This document shows, one piece after another, positions 17,792 to 26,785 of a DNA stretch of 64,000 nt. The DNA is from a virus. The notes beneath the pieces were generated by a model, which saw only the letters and a program-made list of their open reading frames with translations, made no database searches and was not told the origin of the DNA. The stretch spans positions 1 to 64,000 of IMG/VR virus record IMGVR_UViG_3300036823_000301; one strand, written 5' to 3'. The position numbers were made by a program, and so were the translations under genes. Positions within the stretch are counted from its first letter, which is position 1, and each line of letters starts with the position of its first letter.

Positions 17792-18410
17792 TGGCATTGA
17801 AGCGTTGGCTGTAGCTGATAATTTTGTAACCAAGCGGAGTAGGGTTAAAAACCCTAAGAACATTGTTGCAACACAACACCTTTTCCCAAAAGATTTAATA
17901 TTTAAGATAATGATGAAACGAAATGGTGTGATGTATGGCTGGAAAACAGCTTATGTGGCCGCATCTCAAGTAGATGGTTTTCAGAAGGTCACCTTAGCGG
18001 AGATAAGGCTCTGGTTATACACCAAAAAGATTCCGCGGTGGGCTATAGATCAAGTTGATCAAATGACTTTTCAAAAAATTGACAGAATAGCTCCACAAGC
18101 TTGGACAGTCCTGGAGCAGCACTTCTTGGAAACTATCTATCGGGAAGATCCAGGTCGCCCCGATAAGTTGCTTTCGGAGATGTGCACACGTAAATTCAGG
18201 AGGACCATCACTACGAATGCAATCAAGGGTGCATTGTACCGTTTGCGGGAAGCGTATATTCTACCACGTGATGAGAAAAGGATAAGGCACAGTGGGCAAT
18301 TCAGTGATGATACCGAGCTTGAGCTTGACCGAGATCGACAGCATTCTCAGTTCTCCAGGCGGGGGGGACAATCTGAAAGTCTTGGGCTCGATGCGGATCA
18401 ACGTGCATGA
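17781..18410 (+). CDS. putative DNA-binding protein with a GcrA/Myb-like C-terminal helical domain
   Basis: AWTVLEQHFL...ITTNAIKGALYRL resembles the WT..E...L...SRNAVIGK.HRL pattern. Confidence 0.45.
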   Translation: MMVDGIEALAVADNFVTKRSRVKNPKNIVATQHLFPKDLIFKIMMKRNGVMYGWKTAYVAASQVDGFQKVTLAEIRLWLYTKKIPRWAIDQVDQMTFQKIDRIAPQAWTVLEQHFLETIYREDPGRPDKLLSEMCTRKFRRTITTNAIKGALYRLREAYILPRDEKRIRHSGQFSDDTELELDRDRQHSQFSRRGGQSESLGLDADQRA

Positions 18411-18663
18411 CGAGACAAACTTACCGAATTCGTTAATGGAATATGATCCACTTTCGAGCGGTATATTGCAAGTGACAAAGTCTGCCACCGATGTTGCCGC
18501 GTTGGAGAGTGAAATAGCACGTTTGACCAGCCTCGTTGTCAAGCTCGAAGCTGATAAGGTGCAAACCACACCATTAGCCACGGCGCCTCAGGGAAAAGCG
18601 CCGATCCCCCTGTCCGCCCTCCGCAACCAACACCAGAAAATTGGCCTGTTCGTCCTAGATTAA
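18292..18663 (+). CDS. hypothetical coiled-coil protein (start uncertain)
   Basis: VAALESEIARLTSLVVKLE heptads. Confidence 0.4.
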   Translation: MGNSVMIPSLSLTEIDSILSSPGGGDNLKVLGSMRINVHDETNLPNSLMEYDPLSSGILQVTKSATDVAALESEIARLTSLVVKLEADKVQTTPLATAPQGKAPIPLSALRNQHQKIGLFVLD

Positions 18664-18664
18664 C

Positions 18665-18717
18665 TTTACAGATGGACCGGTGCTGATGTAGTAATACCCA
18701 TGCATCAGCACTGGTCC
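18665..18717 (+). promoter_or_regulatory. putative promoter overlapped by a 17-bp inverted repeat
   Basis: TTTACA-N18-TAGTAA; arms GGACCGGTGCTGATGTA (18674-90) and TGCATCAGCACTGGTCC (18701-17). Confidence 0.55.
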
Positions 18718-18722
18718 CTATA

Positions 18723-19799
18723 ATGGTCGAATTCAGTCAAGATCAACTCACTGTCTACGACGGTGTCAAAAACTTCCTGGATAGCTCTACCCCAGGTCAT
18801 GTTGTATATGAAGGACTTGCTGGAACAGGTAAGTCAACATTAATGGCGAGATTGGCTGGAGAATATGATCAAGCTGTATTGTGCTCTTATACAGCTAAAG
18901 CAGCATCGGGCTTACGTGCGAAGACTGGTCTTGAGGTTTTCACAATTCATCAGATCATTTATGACTTTAAAGGGCTCATTGATTCTGATGAAAATCCAAA
19001 TAAGAAACGGCCAGTATTTTCGACCAAACATATGACAGGGGCGCTGGAAAATGCCCTGCTATTTATCGATGAAGTGTCAATGGTTGGCTCTAAAATTGGT
19101 CGCGATCTGGCAGACACTGGCGCGCGCATTGTGGCCTGCGGAGATCCAGGTCAGCTTCCGCCAGTTATGGATAATCAATATTTTACACAATCCGATTACA
19201 CGCTGCATGAGGTACATAGGCAGGCTTGGGATTCACCAATCATCAGGCAGGCTCACAGCATTCGAAATTTTGGCACATACGAATCCGATGGCGATGTCAT
19301 CGTAACCGCAGACATGAATGATGATTTGCTCGGTCAACATGACATTGCACTTTGCTGGAAAAACAAGACCAGAAACTGGCTCAATAAACGAACCCGTGGG
19401 CTCTATGGACGTCCTGCTGGCTACATGCTCGCTGGAGAGCCTGTGATGTGTTTGAAAAACGATCACTGGCGTAAAATCTACAACGGAGCCATGTATAATA
19501 TCACGCAGGATTACCATCCTGGCGATGATTTACACATTCGAGATGAGTTGAACCGCTACATTGTAGTAGCTTGTCCGACAATCGAAGGTATCGATCCAGA
19601 TTATGAGAATTTTCGATACTTAGACGACGCCCGTCCCTTCGCACCCGGTTACGCCTGCACGGTGCATAAGGCGCAGGGAAGCGAATGGGGTCGCGTGCTG
19701 CTTATTGACGAATATCGGCAAACTGATGGCCGTAACGCTTATCTTTATACGGGCCTAACACGCGCTATAAGCGCTGCAACTGTGATAAAGCGGTGGTGA
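18723..19799 (+). CDS. RecD2/Dda-like SF1B helicase
   Basis: GLAGTGKS, TAKAA, TIH, FIDEVSMV, GDPGQLPPV, HRQA, YACTVHKAQGSEW, YTGLTRA. Confidence 0.92.
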   Translation: MVEFSQDQLTVYDGVKNFLDSSTPGHVVYEGLAGTGKSTLMARLAGEYDQAVLCSYTAKAASGLRAKTGLEVFTIHQIIYDFKGLIDSDENPNKKRPVFSTKHMTGALENALLFIDEVSMVGSKIGRDLADTGARIVACGDPGQLPPVMDNQYFTQSDYTLHEVHRQAWDSPIIRQAHSIRNFGTYESDGDVIVTADMNDDLLGQHDIALCWKNKTRNWLNKRTRGLYGRPAGYMLAGEPVMCLKNDHWRKIYNGAMYNITQDYHPGDDLHIRDELNRYIVVACPTIEGIDPDYENFRYLDDARPFAPGYACTVHKAQGSEWGRVLLIDEYRQTDGRNAYLYTGLTRAISAATVIKRW

Positions 19800-20201
19800 T
19801 GACGGAAATGTCCGACGCGGTGTTTGTGTGTTCTGAACGGTGGTAAGTATGCAGAAGGAATTCACGAAATTTTATGATTGTCAGACAATTGAAGATGAAT
19901 TTCGTTGTCAACTCAATCAGTTAGTGTTACGGTTTGGGTGGATTTACCCATCTGATTTGGCTTATATTCTTCAAGAAGTCCAAGAAAATTTATTGGATGC
20001 AGTTTGGACCGGAAAACGGTAATGTCAGACAAACTACGGAGTCACCAATGTCCGAAATACTACCCGAAATTACTGTAAAGCAGAAGGGGTTATATGTTAG
20101 CATGATCTTCGTCTGCCAAACTATTGAAGAGGCCGACGCGCTTTATGCTGAATTGAAGTATCGGATAACGAATAAAGATAAATCACAACTGAAGGTCATG
20201 A

Positions 20202-20414
20202 TTGATGCTGATAACACGGAGATCGTCTCTGACGGGAGAGCGGCGGACGCTTGACCTGCCGGTCACTGTTGAACAGCTATCGGCTTATATGGCTGGTGCT
20301 CTTGTTCAAGAAGCCTTCCCCAACCTAGACGTCGATTCGCGTGAATTCATCCTCTCGGGAGTAACTCCAGAAGAGTGGGCGGCTCAATTCGTACCAGCGG
20401 AGGGCGGTGAATGA
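20202..20414 (+). CDS. small conserved phage protein
   Basis: RSSLTG...LDLPVT...LVQEAFPNL...REFILSGVTPEEW. Confidence 0.65.
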   Translation: MMLITRRSSLTGERRTLDLPVTVEQLSAYMAGALVQEAFPNLDVDSREFILSGVTPEEWAAQFVPAEGGE

Positions 20415-20608
20415 CGCGAACATTTCATCCACTTGGTCGCATTGGCGGCCTTGCGGACGCTGTTGCAAGCGGCGCGCGCGGCGTGCTGAAGGATATGGTG
20501 ATCACCCCTGGTGAAGATGCTTATACATACCAGGGGACGACTGAAGCAGTCAATTTACTGAAGGAAGCTCTCGCGGATCTGGATCACTACTTCGAAGGTT
20601 GGCGGTAA
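20411..20608 (+). CDS. hypothetical protein
   Basis: ATGA-coupled ORF. Confidence 0.5.
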   Translation: MTRTFHPLGRIGGLADAVASGARGVLKDMVITPGEDAYTYQGTTEAVNLLKEALADLDHYFEGWR

Positions 20609-20665
20609 CCACAAATGAAGTATCGGAACGTATTGGCACGGATGTCTGGCTGAAAGACTCTGACA

Positions 20666-21115
20666 ATGAAATTGACCAAACTCCTGAGTTGGGATGAGTA
20701 TAAGAAACTGGGCGACGATGCTGTCGCCCAGGGTTTCTACCGTAATGACCGACGAATCTTCACGCCCGGTATGGGTTGGCCAAACCCATGGTATTATGAC
20801 CATACAGGGGAACGGGAACGTCATGGTCTGCACGTAATGTTCAAAGTTGGGGACAGGGGGAATGGTGAATTTTTGTCAAAGCATTACTGGCGGGACTGGG
20901 CGGACAAGCGAGATCCATTGACCGTTGTCTGCCCGAATGGTGCCACCTGGGAGATTGACCGCAAGTCGAGCAACGGTACCGGTTGGATTGTCACCGGTGA
21001 CTGGCCAAACCTCACTTGTACGCCGTCGATTGTCGTGCCGGGTTATCACGGCTTTCTGCGTGACGGTGAATTCACGGCCGATCTTGAAGGTCGCGGCGCC
21101 GACTGGACTGTGTAG
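20666..21115 (+). CDS. hypothetical protein with a DUF6527-like C-terminus
   Basis: CPNG..W...W..TG..PNLTCTPSI...YHGFLRDG. Confidence 0.5.
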   Translation: MKLTKLLSWDEYKKLGDDAVAQGFYRNDRRIFTPGMGWPNPWYYDHTGERERHGLHVMFKVGDRGNGEFLSKHYWRDWADKRDPLTVVCPNGATWEIDRKSSNGTGWIVTGDWPNLTCTPSIVVPGYHGFLRDGEFTADLEGRGADWTV

Positions 21116-23073
21116 TGGCACACGTCAAAGATTACAACCAGATGCCGCTGCTTACCCCTGACAGCACCTGGATGGCTCCAACTGAATTACCGAACCTAAC
21201 CGGTGTTAAGAATCTAGCATTTGATGTTGAAACTAACGATCCCCAGCTTCGTCAGCTGGGTCCGGGCGTACGCCGTGGTGCTTATGTTGTTGGCATGTCG
21301 CTGGGCACCGATGATGGACGACGATGGTATTTACCGATTTGCCATCAAGGCGGTGGAAATCTTGATGAACGTATTGTCTGGCGTTGGGCACGGTCGGAAT
21401 TAAACGCGTTCTGTGGTAATCTCGTCGGCGCGAATCTGGTCTATGACCTAGATTTCGCGGCTGAACAGGGGGTAACGTTTCCGAACGTTCATCGCTTCCA
21501 TGACGTGCAAATTGCCGAACCTCTGATTGATGAATGGCGGGATCGTTACAATCTCGACAGTCTGGCGTCTGACTATCTCGGGGACAACAAGCGTGAAAGC
21601 TTGCTCAGAGAGGCCGCCGAAGCCTACGGCTTCGGCGATTCGATGGGGGACATCAAGGGCAATTTGTGGCGCCTGCCGGCAGGCTATGTCGGCGATTATG
21701 GTGAGGGCGATGCGGACCTCCCTCTACGCATCCTCCCCCTGCAACTAGCTAAGCTCGAAGAGCAGGGTCTGACGGAGCTGTTCGACCTGGAATCAAGACT
21801 GCTTCCGGTGCTGCTTGGCATGCGCCGACGCGGCGTTGCTGTGTCGATCGAACAAACGGAAGAAGTGCGAGAACGTCTCGTCCGCGAACGCGCGGAAATA
21901 ATGGGACGCTTGAAGCGTCTTGCAGGTCCGAAGGCTGAACTACGTGCGTCAGAATCGTTTGCGGAAGCCTTGAAGAACAGGGGGTTGGATGTTCCTTTGA
22001 CCCCAAAGACGCGAAAACCACAGATTCAAAAGGCGTGGCTGCAAAGCCACGCTGGGGATGAGCTCGTTGACCTGATTATTGGGGGCAGAGCTGTTGACAC
22101 TATCATTAATACATTTATTGATGGTCACATCTTAAGTCATTCCATAAATGGACGCATTCACTGCGAATTTAATCAGCTAAAACGTGAGAGCGATGGTGGT
22201 GGTATATCAGGCACCATCGCTCGTCTGAGCTCATCTTCACCAAATCTTCAAAATTTGCCAAAAAGAGATCAATCTTTTGGTGCTTTGATTAGGAGTATCT
22301 TCAGACCTGAAACTGGTGAACGTTGGGGCAGCTGCGATTTAAGCCAGATCGAATTCCGCCTACTTGTACATTATGCGCAGGGACAGCTATCAGATGAAAC
22401 CCGTCAGCGCTACTGCGACGATCCGGCGACAGATTTTCATCAATATGTTGGCACGCTGCTGGGTGTCAACATGCAGGACAAGTCCAAGCGGAGCCAAGTC
22501 AAGTCCACGAATTTTTGCAAGATTTATGGTGGCGGCGCAGCGAAAATCGCCACAGTCGCTGGGTGCTCGCTGGACGAGGCCACAGTCTTTATGGGCCAGC
22601 ACGAGGCTGCGTTCCCATTCGTCAAACAGACGACGGATCTGGCGACCCGGCGGGCCGGTTCGCGCGGTTATGTCACAACGATTTATGGCCGTAGACAGCG
22701 GTTCCCCCTGTTCGAACCGGTGAACAATCGCCAGAAAGTCTATCCACCCCTACCCTATGAACAGGCCCGTGAAAAATATGGCCACCGCATCACACGGTAT
22801 CAGACTTATGCCGCACTAAACCGCGTGTTACAGGGGAGTGCTGCGGATATGATGAAAAAAGCTATGGTAGACATCCACGAAAGTGGCGTTACCGAAGTCT
22901 TGGGCTCGATGCTGATCACCGTACACGACGAGCTGAACGCATCGATGCCGGATACACCTGTGGGGTTGGAAGCCATGCATGAGGTTCAGCGTATGATGCA
23001 AAATGCTATCGGATTGCGTGTGCCCGTGCTTTCAGAGTTGAAAATTGCTAATAACTGGGGTGAGTGTGCATGA
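21115..23073 (+). CDS. polA: family A DNA polymerase with 3'-5' exonuclease domain
   Basis: Exo DVET and NLVYD; RLSSSSPNLQNLP; motif A DLSQIEFR; motif B KSTNFCKIYG; QGSAAD; motif C VHDE. Confidence 0.95.
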   Translation: MAHVKDYNQMPLLTPDSTWMAPTELPNLTGVKNLAFDVETNDPQLRQLGPGVRRGAYVVGMSLGTDDGRRWYLPICHQGGGNLDERIVWRWARSELNAFCGNLVGANLVYDLDFAAEQGVTFPNVHRFHDVQIAEPLIDEWRDRYNLDSLASDYLGDNKRESLLREAAEAYGFGDSMGDIKGNLWRLPAGYVGDYGEGDADLPLRILPLQLAKLEEQGLTELFDLESRLLPVLLGMRRRGVAVSIEQTEEVRERLVRERAEIMGRLKRLAGPKAELRASESFAEALKNRGLDVPLTPKTRKPQIQKAWLQSHAGDELVDLIIGGRAVDTIINTFIDGHILSHSINGRIHCEFNQLKRESDGGGISGTIARLSSSSPNLQNLPKRDQSFGALIRSIFRPETGERWGSCDLSQIEFRLLVHYAQGQLSDETRQRYCDDPATDFHQYVGTLLGVNMQDKSKRSQVKSTNFCKIYGGGAAKIATVAGCSLDEATVFMGQHEAAFPFVKQTTDLATRRAGSRGYVTTIYGRRQRFPLFEPVNNRQKVYPPLPYEQAREKYGHRITRYQTYAALNRVLQGSAADMMKKAMVDIHESGVTEVLGSMLITVHDELNASMPDTPVGLEAMHEVQRMMQNAIGLRVPVLSELKIANNWGECA

Positions 23074-23141
23074 CCATTCGTGATGGAGAATACTTAAACT
23101 AAATCCGCCGCACCCGTTACGCTGGAAAGGTTAGAAACTGC

Positions 23142-24155
23142 ATGGCGTTCCGAGTCCCGAACCTTGCCCCAGCTTACTTGACCGATTCGGGGGCAGCATA
23201 TTGCGGCGACTCGATTGAACTTCTGGCGCAGCTTCCCGACAACAGCATCAATCTCGTTTTCACGTCGCCGCCCTTCGCGTTGCAGCGGCAGAAGGCATAC
23301 GGGAACAAGGACCAGATGGAGTATGTTGACTGGCTGGCGGCCTTCGCCCGCGAAGTCCATCGCGTCTTGAAAGATGACGGTAGTTTCGTGTTGGACCTCG
23401 GCGGATCATACGAGAAAGGAACCCCGGCACGGAGCCTGTATAATTTCAGGGTTCTTATAAAATTCTGTGATGACCTGGGCTTTTTTCTGGCCGAGGATTT
23501 CTACTGGTTCAATCCATCGAAGCTTCCCAGCCCCATCGAATGGGTCAACAAGCGCAAACTGCGGGCGAAGGATGCCGTGAACACCGTATGGTGGTTCAGC
23601 AAAACCGCGTGGCCGAAGGCCGATATCACGAAGGTTCTGGCCCCCTACAGCGACCGCATGAAGAAATTGCTGATCGATCCTGACGCTTTTTACACACCAA
23701 AATTGCGGCCATCAGGCCACGACATTGGCAGGGGCTTCGCTAAAGACAATGGCGGAGCCATCCCGTCGAACCTGCTGCGGATACCCAATACTGAGTCGAA
23801 CGGCCTGTATCTCGACGGATGCAAGGCCGTCGGGGAGAAGCAGCACCCGGCCCGCTTCCCGGCAAAGCTGCCGGAATTCTTTATCCGCATGCTGACCGAA
23901 CCGGGTGACGTCGTTCTGGACATCTTTGCCGGATCGAACACTACCGGTCAGGTTGCAGAAGCGGAAAACCGACAATGGCTAGCGTTCGAACTGTCCCGCG
24001 ACTACGTGGCGACGTCCGCCTTCCGGTTCCTCGGAGGCAACGACGCGCACGACGAGATGCACCAGTTGTACGACCGCATCGAAAAAGGTGAATCCGTCGA
24101 TCTAAACAGCTACATCTCTCAGGGCGGCTTTATGCCAACTGCCGCAGATGAATGA
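23142..24155 (+). CDS. N4-cytosine DNA methyltransferase (beta class), M.PvuII-like, orphan
   Basis: TSPPF motif IV before DIFAGSNTT motif I; stretches GFFLAEDFYWFNPSKLPSPIEWVNKRK and HPARFPAKLPEFFIRMLTEP match M.PvuII as I recall it. Confidence 0.9.
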   Translation: MAFRVPNLAPAYLTDSGAAYCGDSIELLAQLPDNSINLVFTSPPFALQRQKAYGNKDQMEYVDWLAAFAREVHRVLKDDGSFVLDLGGSYEKGTPARSLYNFRVLIKFCDDLGFFLAEDFYWFNPSKLPSPIEWVNKRKLRAKDAVNTVWWFSKTAWPKADITKVLAPYSDRMKKLLIDPDAFYTPKLRPSGHDIGRGFAKDNGGAIPSNLLRIPNTESNGLYLDGCKAVGEKQHPARFPAKLPEFFIRMLTEPGDVVLDIFAGSNTTGQVAEAENRQWLAFELSRDYVATSAFRFLGGNDAHDEMHQLYDRIEKGESVDLNSYISQGGFMPTAADE

Positions 24156-24337
24156 GGGAAACGGCGGCCAAGGAACCTCTAATGGAATTTGAAGAGTGGA
24201 TTAAAACTGCCCGTGCTTATGCTATAAGCTGGTATGGCTCCGATATCGAACTAGGCTCGGATGATGATATGGCGGATTATTTTGTTGAAGAATATGATGC
24301 AAAAGATGCGGTCGATGATGTCATGATTTTTGGATGA
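24152..24337 (+). CDS. hypothetical acidic protein
   Basis: ATGA-coupled; Asp/Glu-rich. Confidence 0.45.
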   Translation: MRETAAKEPLMEFEEWIKTARAYAISWYGSDIELGSDDDMADYFVEEYDAKDAVDDVMIFG

Positions 24338-24343
24338 ATTAGA

Positions 24344-24583
24344 ATGCTGAATGATAATTACAAAATTATCAATATATTGCACCAGCTTGTTGACAATCTA
24401 AAACCGATCCTCGACAATCTTGACACGAAAACGGTACCATCCATTCGGGTCACCTTGACTGAAGATAGTGGGCGAGCGGTCGTGTTGGTGGCTGGTATAG
24501 AATTTGAACGGCCGACTAAAACCGAGGGCCTTGCAGCCCATATCATAACGGATTCACCGAAATCGATTAAAACATTGGAGTAG
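24344..24583 (+). CDS. hypothetical protein
   Basis: 79-aa ORF in the operon. Confidence 0.5.
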   Translation: MLNDNYKIINILHQLVDNLKPILDNLDTKTVPSIRVTLTEDSGRAVVLVAGIEFERPTKTEGLAAHIITDSPKSIKTLE

Positions 24584-24586
24584 GAA

Positions 24587-24784
24587 ATGAAAACGTGTAT
24601 ATCGTGTTGTCACGTGGTAGGGATTAGCTGTCACTATCCGCTATTGCTATCGCCAGTAACCGGTGAAAAAACCGCGGTATTATGTGCTAATGCCCGCGAG
24701 GTGGGTGGGTTTTGCGGCCCTGAAGGGCGATTTTGGTTCGGAAAAATGTTAGCGGTGCCGGACCTGCCGTCAAGTGACCAGTGA
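24587..24784 (+). CDS. small Cys-rich protein
   Basis: CISCCH...C...C..AR....CGPEG. Confidence 0.55.
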   Translation: MKTCISCCHVVGISCHYPLLLSPVTGEKTAVLCANAREVGGFCGPEGRFWFGKMLAVPDLPSSDQ

Positions 24785-25190
24785 ACGTGGGCTCTGGCGA
24801 ACGCTGCGGGCAAATCTAAGTCCGTATGGCCGGCTGGTGCGGATTGAATCGAAAACTGAGGCTGGTATATCAGATGTGCTTTACTGTATTCAGGGGCACA
24901 CCGGTTGGCTTGAGCTCAAAGAGTTGGAAGATTGGCCAAAACGGGCGTCCACCCCTGTCCGCATTCACCATCTGATGCTCGAACAGGTCACGTTCTTGGA
25001 ATCATGGCAGGCTTCCGGCGGAAAAGCCCATCTTTTGCTACAAGTTAACCGTAACTATCTGTTATTAACTGCTGGATTGGCGCGCGCAATCTATATCGGT
25101 GCGACACGTGCAGAACTAGAAGCGCAGGCTATTGTGATGGGGTATCATCACCTACCGACAATAGCTCTCGTGCGGGCACTTATAAGTTGA
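24774..25190 (+). CDS. PD-(D/E)xK nuclease (VRR-NUC / Holliday junction resolvase-like)
   Basis: RIE....GISDV...GWLELK...EQVTFL. Confidence 0.8.
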   Translation: MTSERGLWRTLRANLSPYGRLVRIESKTEAGISDVLYCIQGHTGWLELKELEDWPKRASTPVRIHHLMLEQVTFLESWQASGGKAHLLLQVNRNYLLLTAGLARAIYIGATRAELEAQAIVMGYHHLPTIALVRALIS

Positions 25191-25537
25191 AAACTGTAAT
25201 GACACTTGGCGAATTAATTTGGACGTGGCGACAACGTCAAGGTTTTTCTTTGGTTGAGGCTGCGAATAGGTTTGGTGTCGCAAAAGGGCGCTGGGTCGGC
25301 TTTGAAGCAGATCGGTTTGATCCCCCTGACCTCATCTGTCAGCAGACGACAGACCTGAATCCGACAATTACCGAAGAGCTTCGTGTGTGGCGGCGGCGAT
25401 CCGGGCTCGGGAGCAGGGGAGCGGCTAAAGCTTTTGGCAAAAGTCATGTGTCGCTCTTGCGCCTGGAACGGGCCGGAAGCCAGGAGCTGCTCGAATGGTA
25501 TCTGACGCCATCACACCATATAAAGCTTTACAATTAG
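25187..25537 (+). CDS. tandem XRE-type HTH protein
   Basis: Two repeats of the type WR.R.G.S..EAA..FG.S.....E. Confidence 0.7.
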   Translation: MKTVMTLGELIWTWRQRQGFSLVEAANRFGVAKGRWVGFEADRFDPPDLICQQTTDLNPTITEELRVWRRRSGLGSRGAAKAFGKSHVSLLRLERAGSQELLEWYLTPSHHIKLYN

Positions 25538-25555
25538 ACTTATCTAGGTTAATGC
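25527..25555 (+). promoter_or_regulatory. putative promoter (TTTACA family), leaderless transcript
   Basis: TTTACA-N17-TAATGC, ATG at 25562. Confidence 0.45.
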
Positions 25556-25561
25556 TAAGGC

Positions 25562-25774
25562 ATGTCAAATACTGATGAAGAAATATGCCCAGTGGCAGCA
25601 GCGGTCACCCGTGATATCATGAAACGGGCTACGCTAGGCCAATTGAAATACGGCACCAATTTGATGCGGCCGGATTTAACACATCGTCAGTGGCTGCAAC
25701 ATCTATATGAAGAACTGCTCGACGGTGCGAACTACATCAAGCGCGTGATGATCGATTTGGATAATGCATCATAG
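25562..25774 (+). CDS. MazG-like all-alpha NTP pyrophosphohydrolase-type small protein
   Basis: R...G..KYG...WLQHLYEELLDGANY (EExxD). Confidence 0.55.
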   Translation: MSNTDEEICPVAAAVTRDIMKRATLGQLKYGTNLMRPDLTHRQWLQHLYEELLDGANYIKRVMIDLDNAS

Positions 25775-25788
25775 GGCAGCCGTATTTT

Positions 25789-26358
25789 ATGAACTGGCAA
25801 GACAGACTTGACAACTATCATCAAGTTACCGGATTCCCGCAGGGACTCTTCATTGCTGGTGATGGTCGTGTTGTTGGGACCTGGATTTTAGGCAACAACT
25901 ATCAGGTTAAGTCCGGCTACTACGGGGGCTACCCCAATACCTACTTGCGGCGTGTTCGCGCGTTGTTCCCGGACATTTCGCGGACGCTTCACCTATTTAG
26001 CGGTCAGGTCGATCTTGAAGCCTTCCCCGGCGATACGGTAGACATTAATCCAACATTGAATCCAACTTTCGTGGACGATGCCCAGACGCTGACAGGGGTG
26101 CCGCTGGAAAATTACGATTTGATTCTAGCAGATCCACCCTATAGCATCGAAGATTCTGAGCGATATCAGAACAGTATGATCAAACGAAATGTGGTGATGC
26201 GAAATCTTCAACGCTGTCGGCCAGGAACTTATGTGGGGGTGCTCGATCAGGTGCTATGGCAGTGGCGGAAAGAAGCGTTCGCGCTCCAGGCAGTTATTGG
26301 TATTGTTCGATCAACAAATCACCGATTTAGGGTTTTATCAATTTTTCAACGTCTTTGA
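25789..26358 (+). CDS. minimal amino-methyltransferase (DPPY type)
   Basis: LHLFSG motif-I-like, VDI, DDA, ILADPPYS motif IV. Confidence 0.7.
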   Translation: MNWQDRLDNYHQVTGFPQGLFIAGDGRVVGTWILGNNYQVKSGYYGGYPNTYLRRVRALFPDISRTLHLFSGQVDLEAFPGDTVDINPTLNPTFVDDAQTLTGVPLENYDLILADPPYSIEDSERYQNSMIKRNVVMRNLQRCRPGTYVGVLDQVLWQWRKEAFALQAVIGIVRSTNHRFRVLSIFQRL

Positions 26359-26770
26359 TCAACGACCAATAATAGTATCGAGCTATTTTTCCGACGTCAT
26401 GGCCGACGATGGATTCGAGGCAGACTAGAGCGACAATACAGTGTCCTACGGATGCCCTGCCCTCGTTGCACCATGCACAGCTGACTTTGATGTTTTCGCG
26501 CGCATCTCTGCCCTTCAACGAAGTCGGTAAAATGTGATCTATGGTGGCTCTACCCCACGACTTTGTCGTAAATCTGCGCTGACACCATGCGCAATGTGTG
26601 CAGCTATTTCGTAATTTTTTATGCCACAGACCTTTCAATAAGCGGGACCCGCGACATGTGCCAGTTTGTTGGTCCACATACCAAATCTCCGTCATGTCAT
26701 TTCCTTGTTTACAAATGACCAGATAGCGCTTACTAAAATCACATCGACTCGCTGATGAGTTGGTTTTCAA
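26327..26770 (-). CDS. HNH endonuclease
   Basis: CAWC...ATIDHILP...G.....N...SCAWCN. Confidence 0.75.
   Translation of the reverse strand: MKTNSSASRCDFSKRYLVICKQGNDMTEIWYVDQQTGTCRGSRLLKGLWHKKLRNSCTHCAWCQRRFTTKSWGRATIDHILPTSLKGRDARENIKVSCAWCNEGRASVGHCIVALVCLESIVGHDVGKIARYYYWSLIKDVEKLIKP
26708..26736 (+). promoter_or_regulatory. putative promoter (TTTACA family)
   Basis: TTTACA-N17-TACTAA upstream of 26786. Confidence 0.45.
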
Positions 26771-26785
26771 AAACGGAGTGTAAAA

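Noticed and set aside
11875-23073. Inteins or introns in nrdA, nrdB, thyX or polA
   Set aside because: The ORFs are continuous, of normal length, and lack intein C/HN motifs
26327-26770. HNH protein as the homing endonuclease of the intron
   Set aside because: It is 26 kb away, of the short zinc-finger HNH type, and nothing in the sequence links it to the intron
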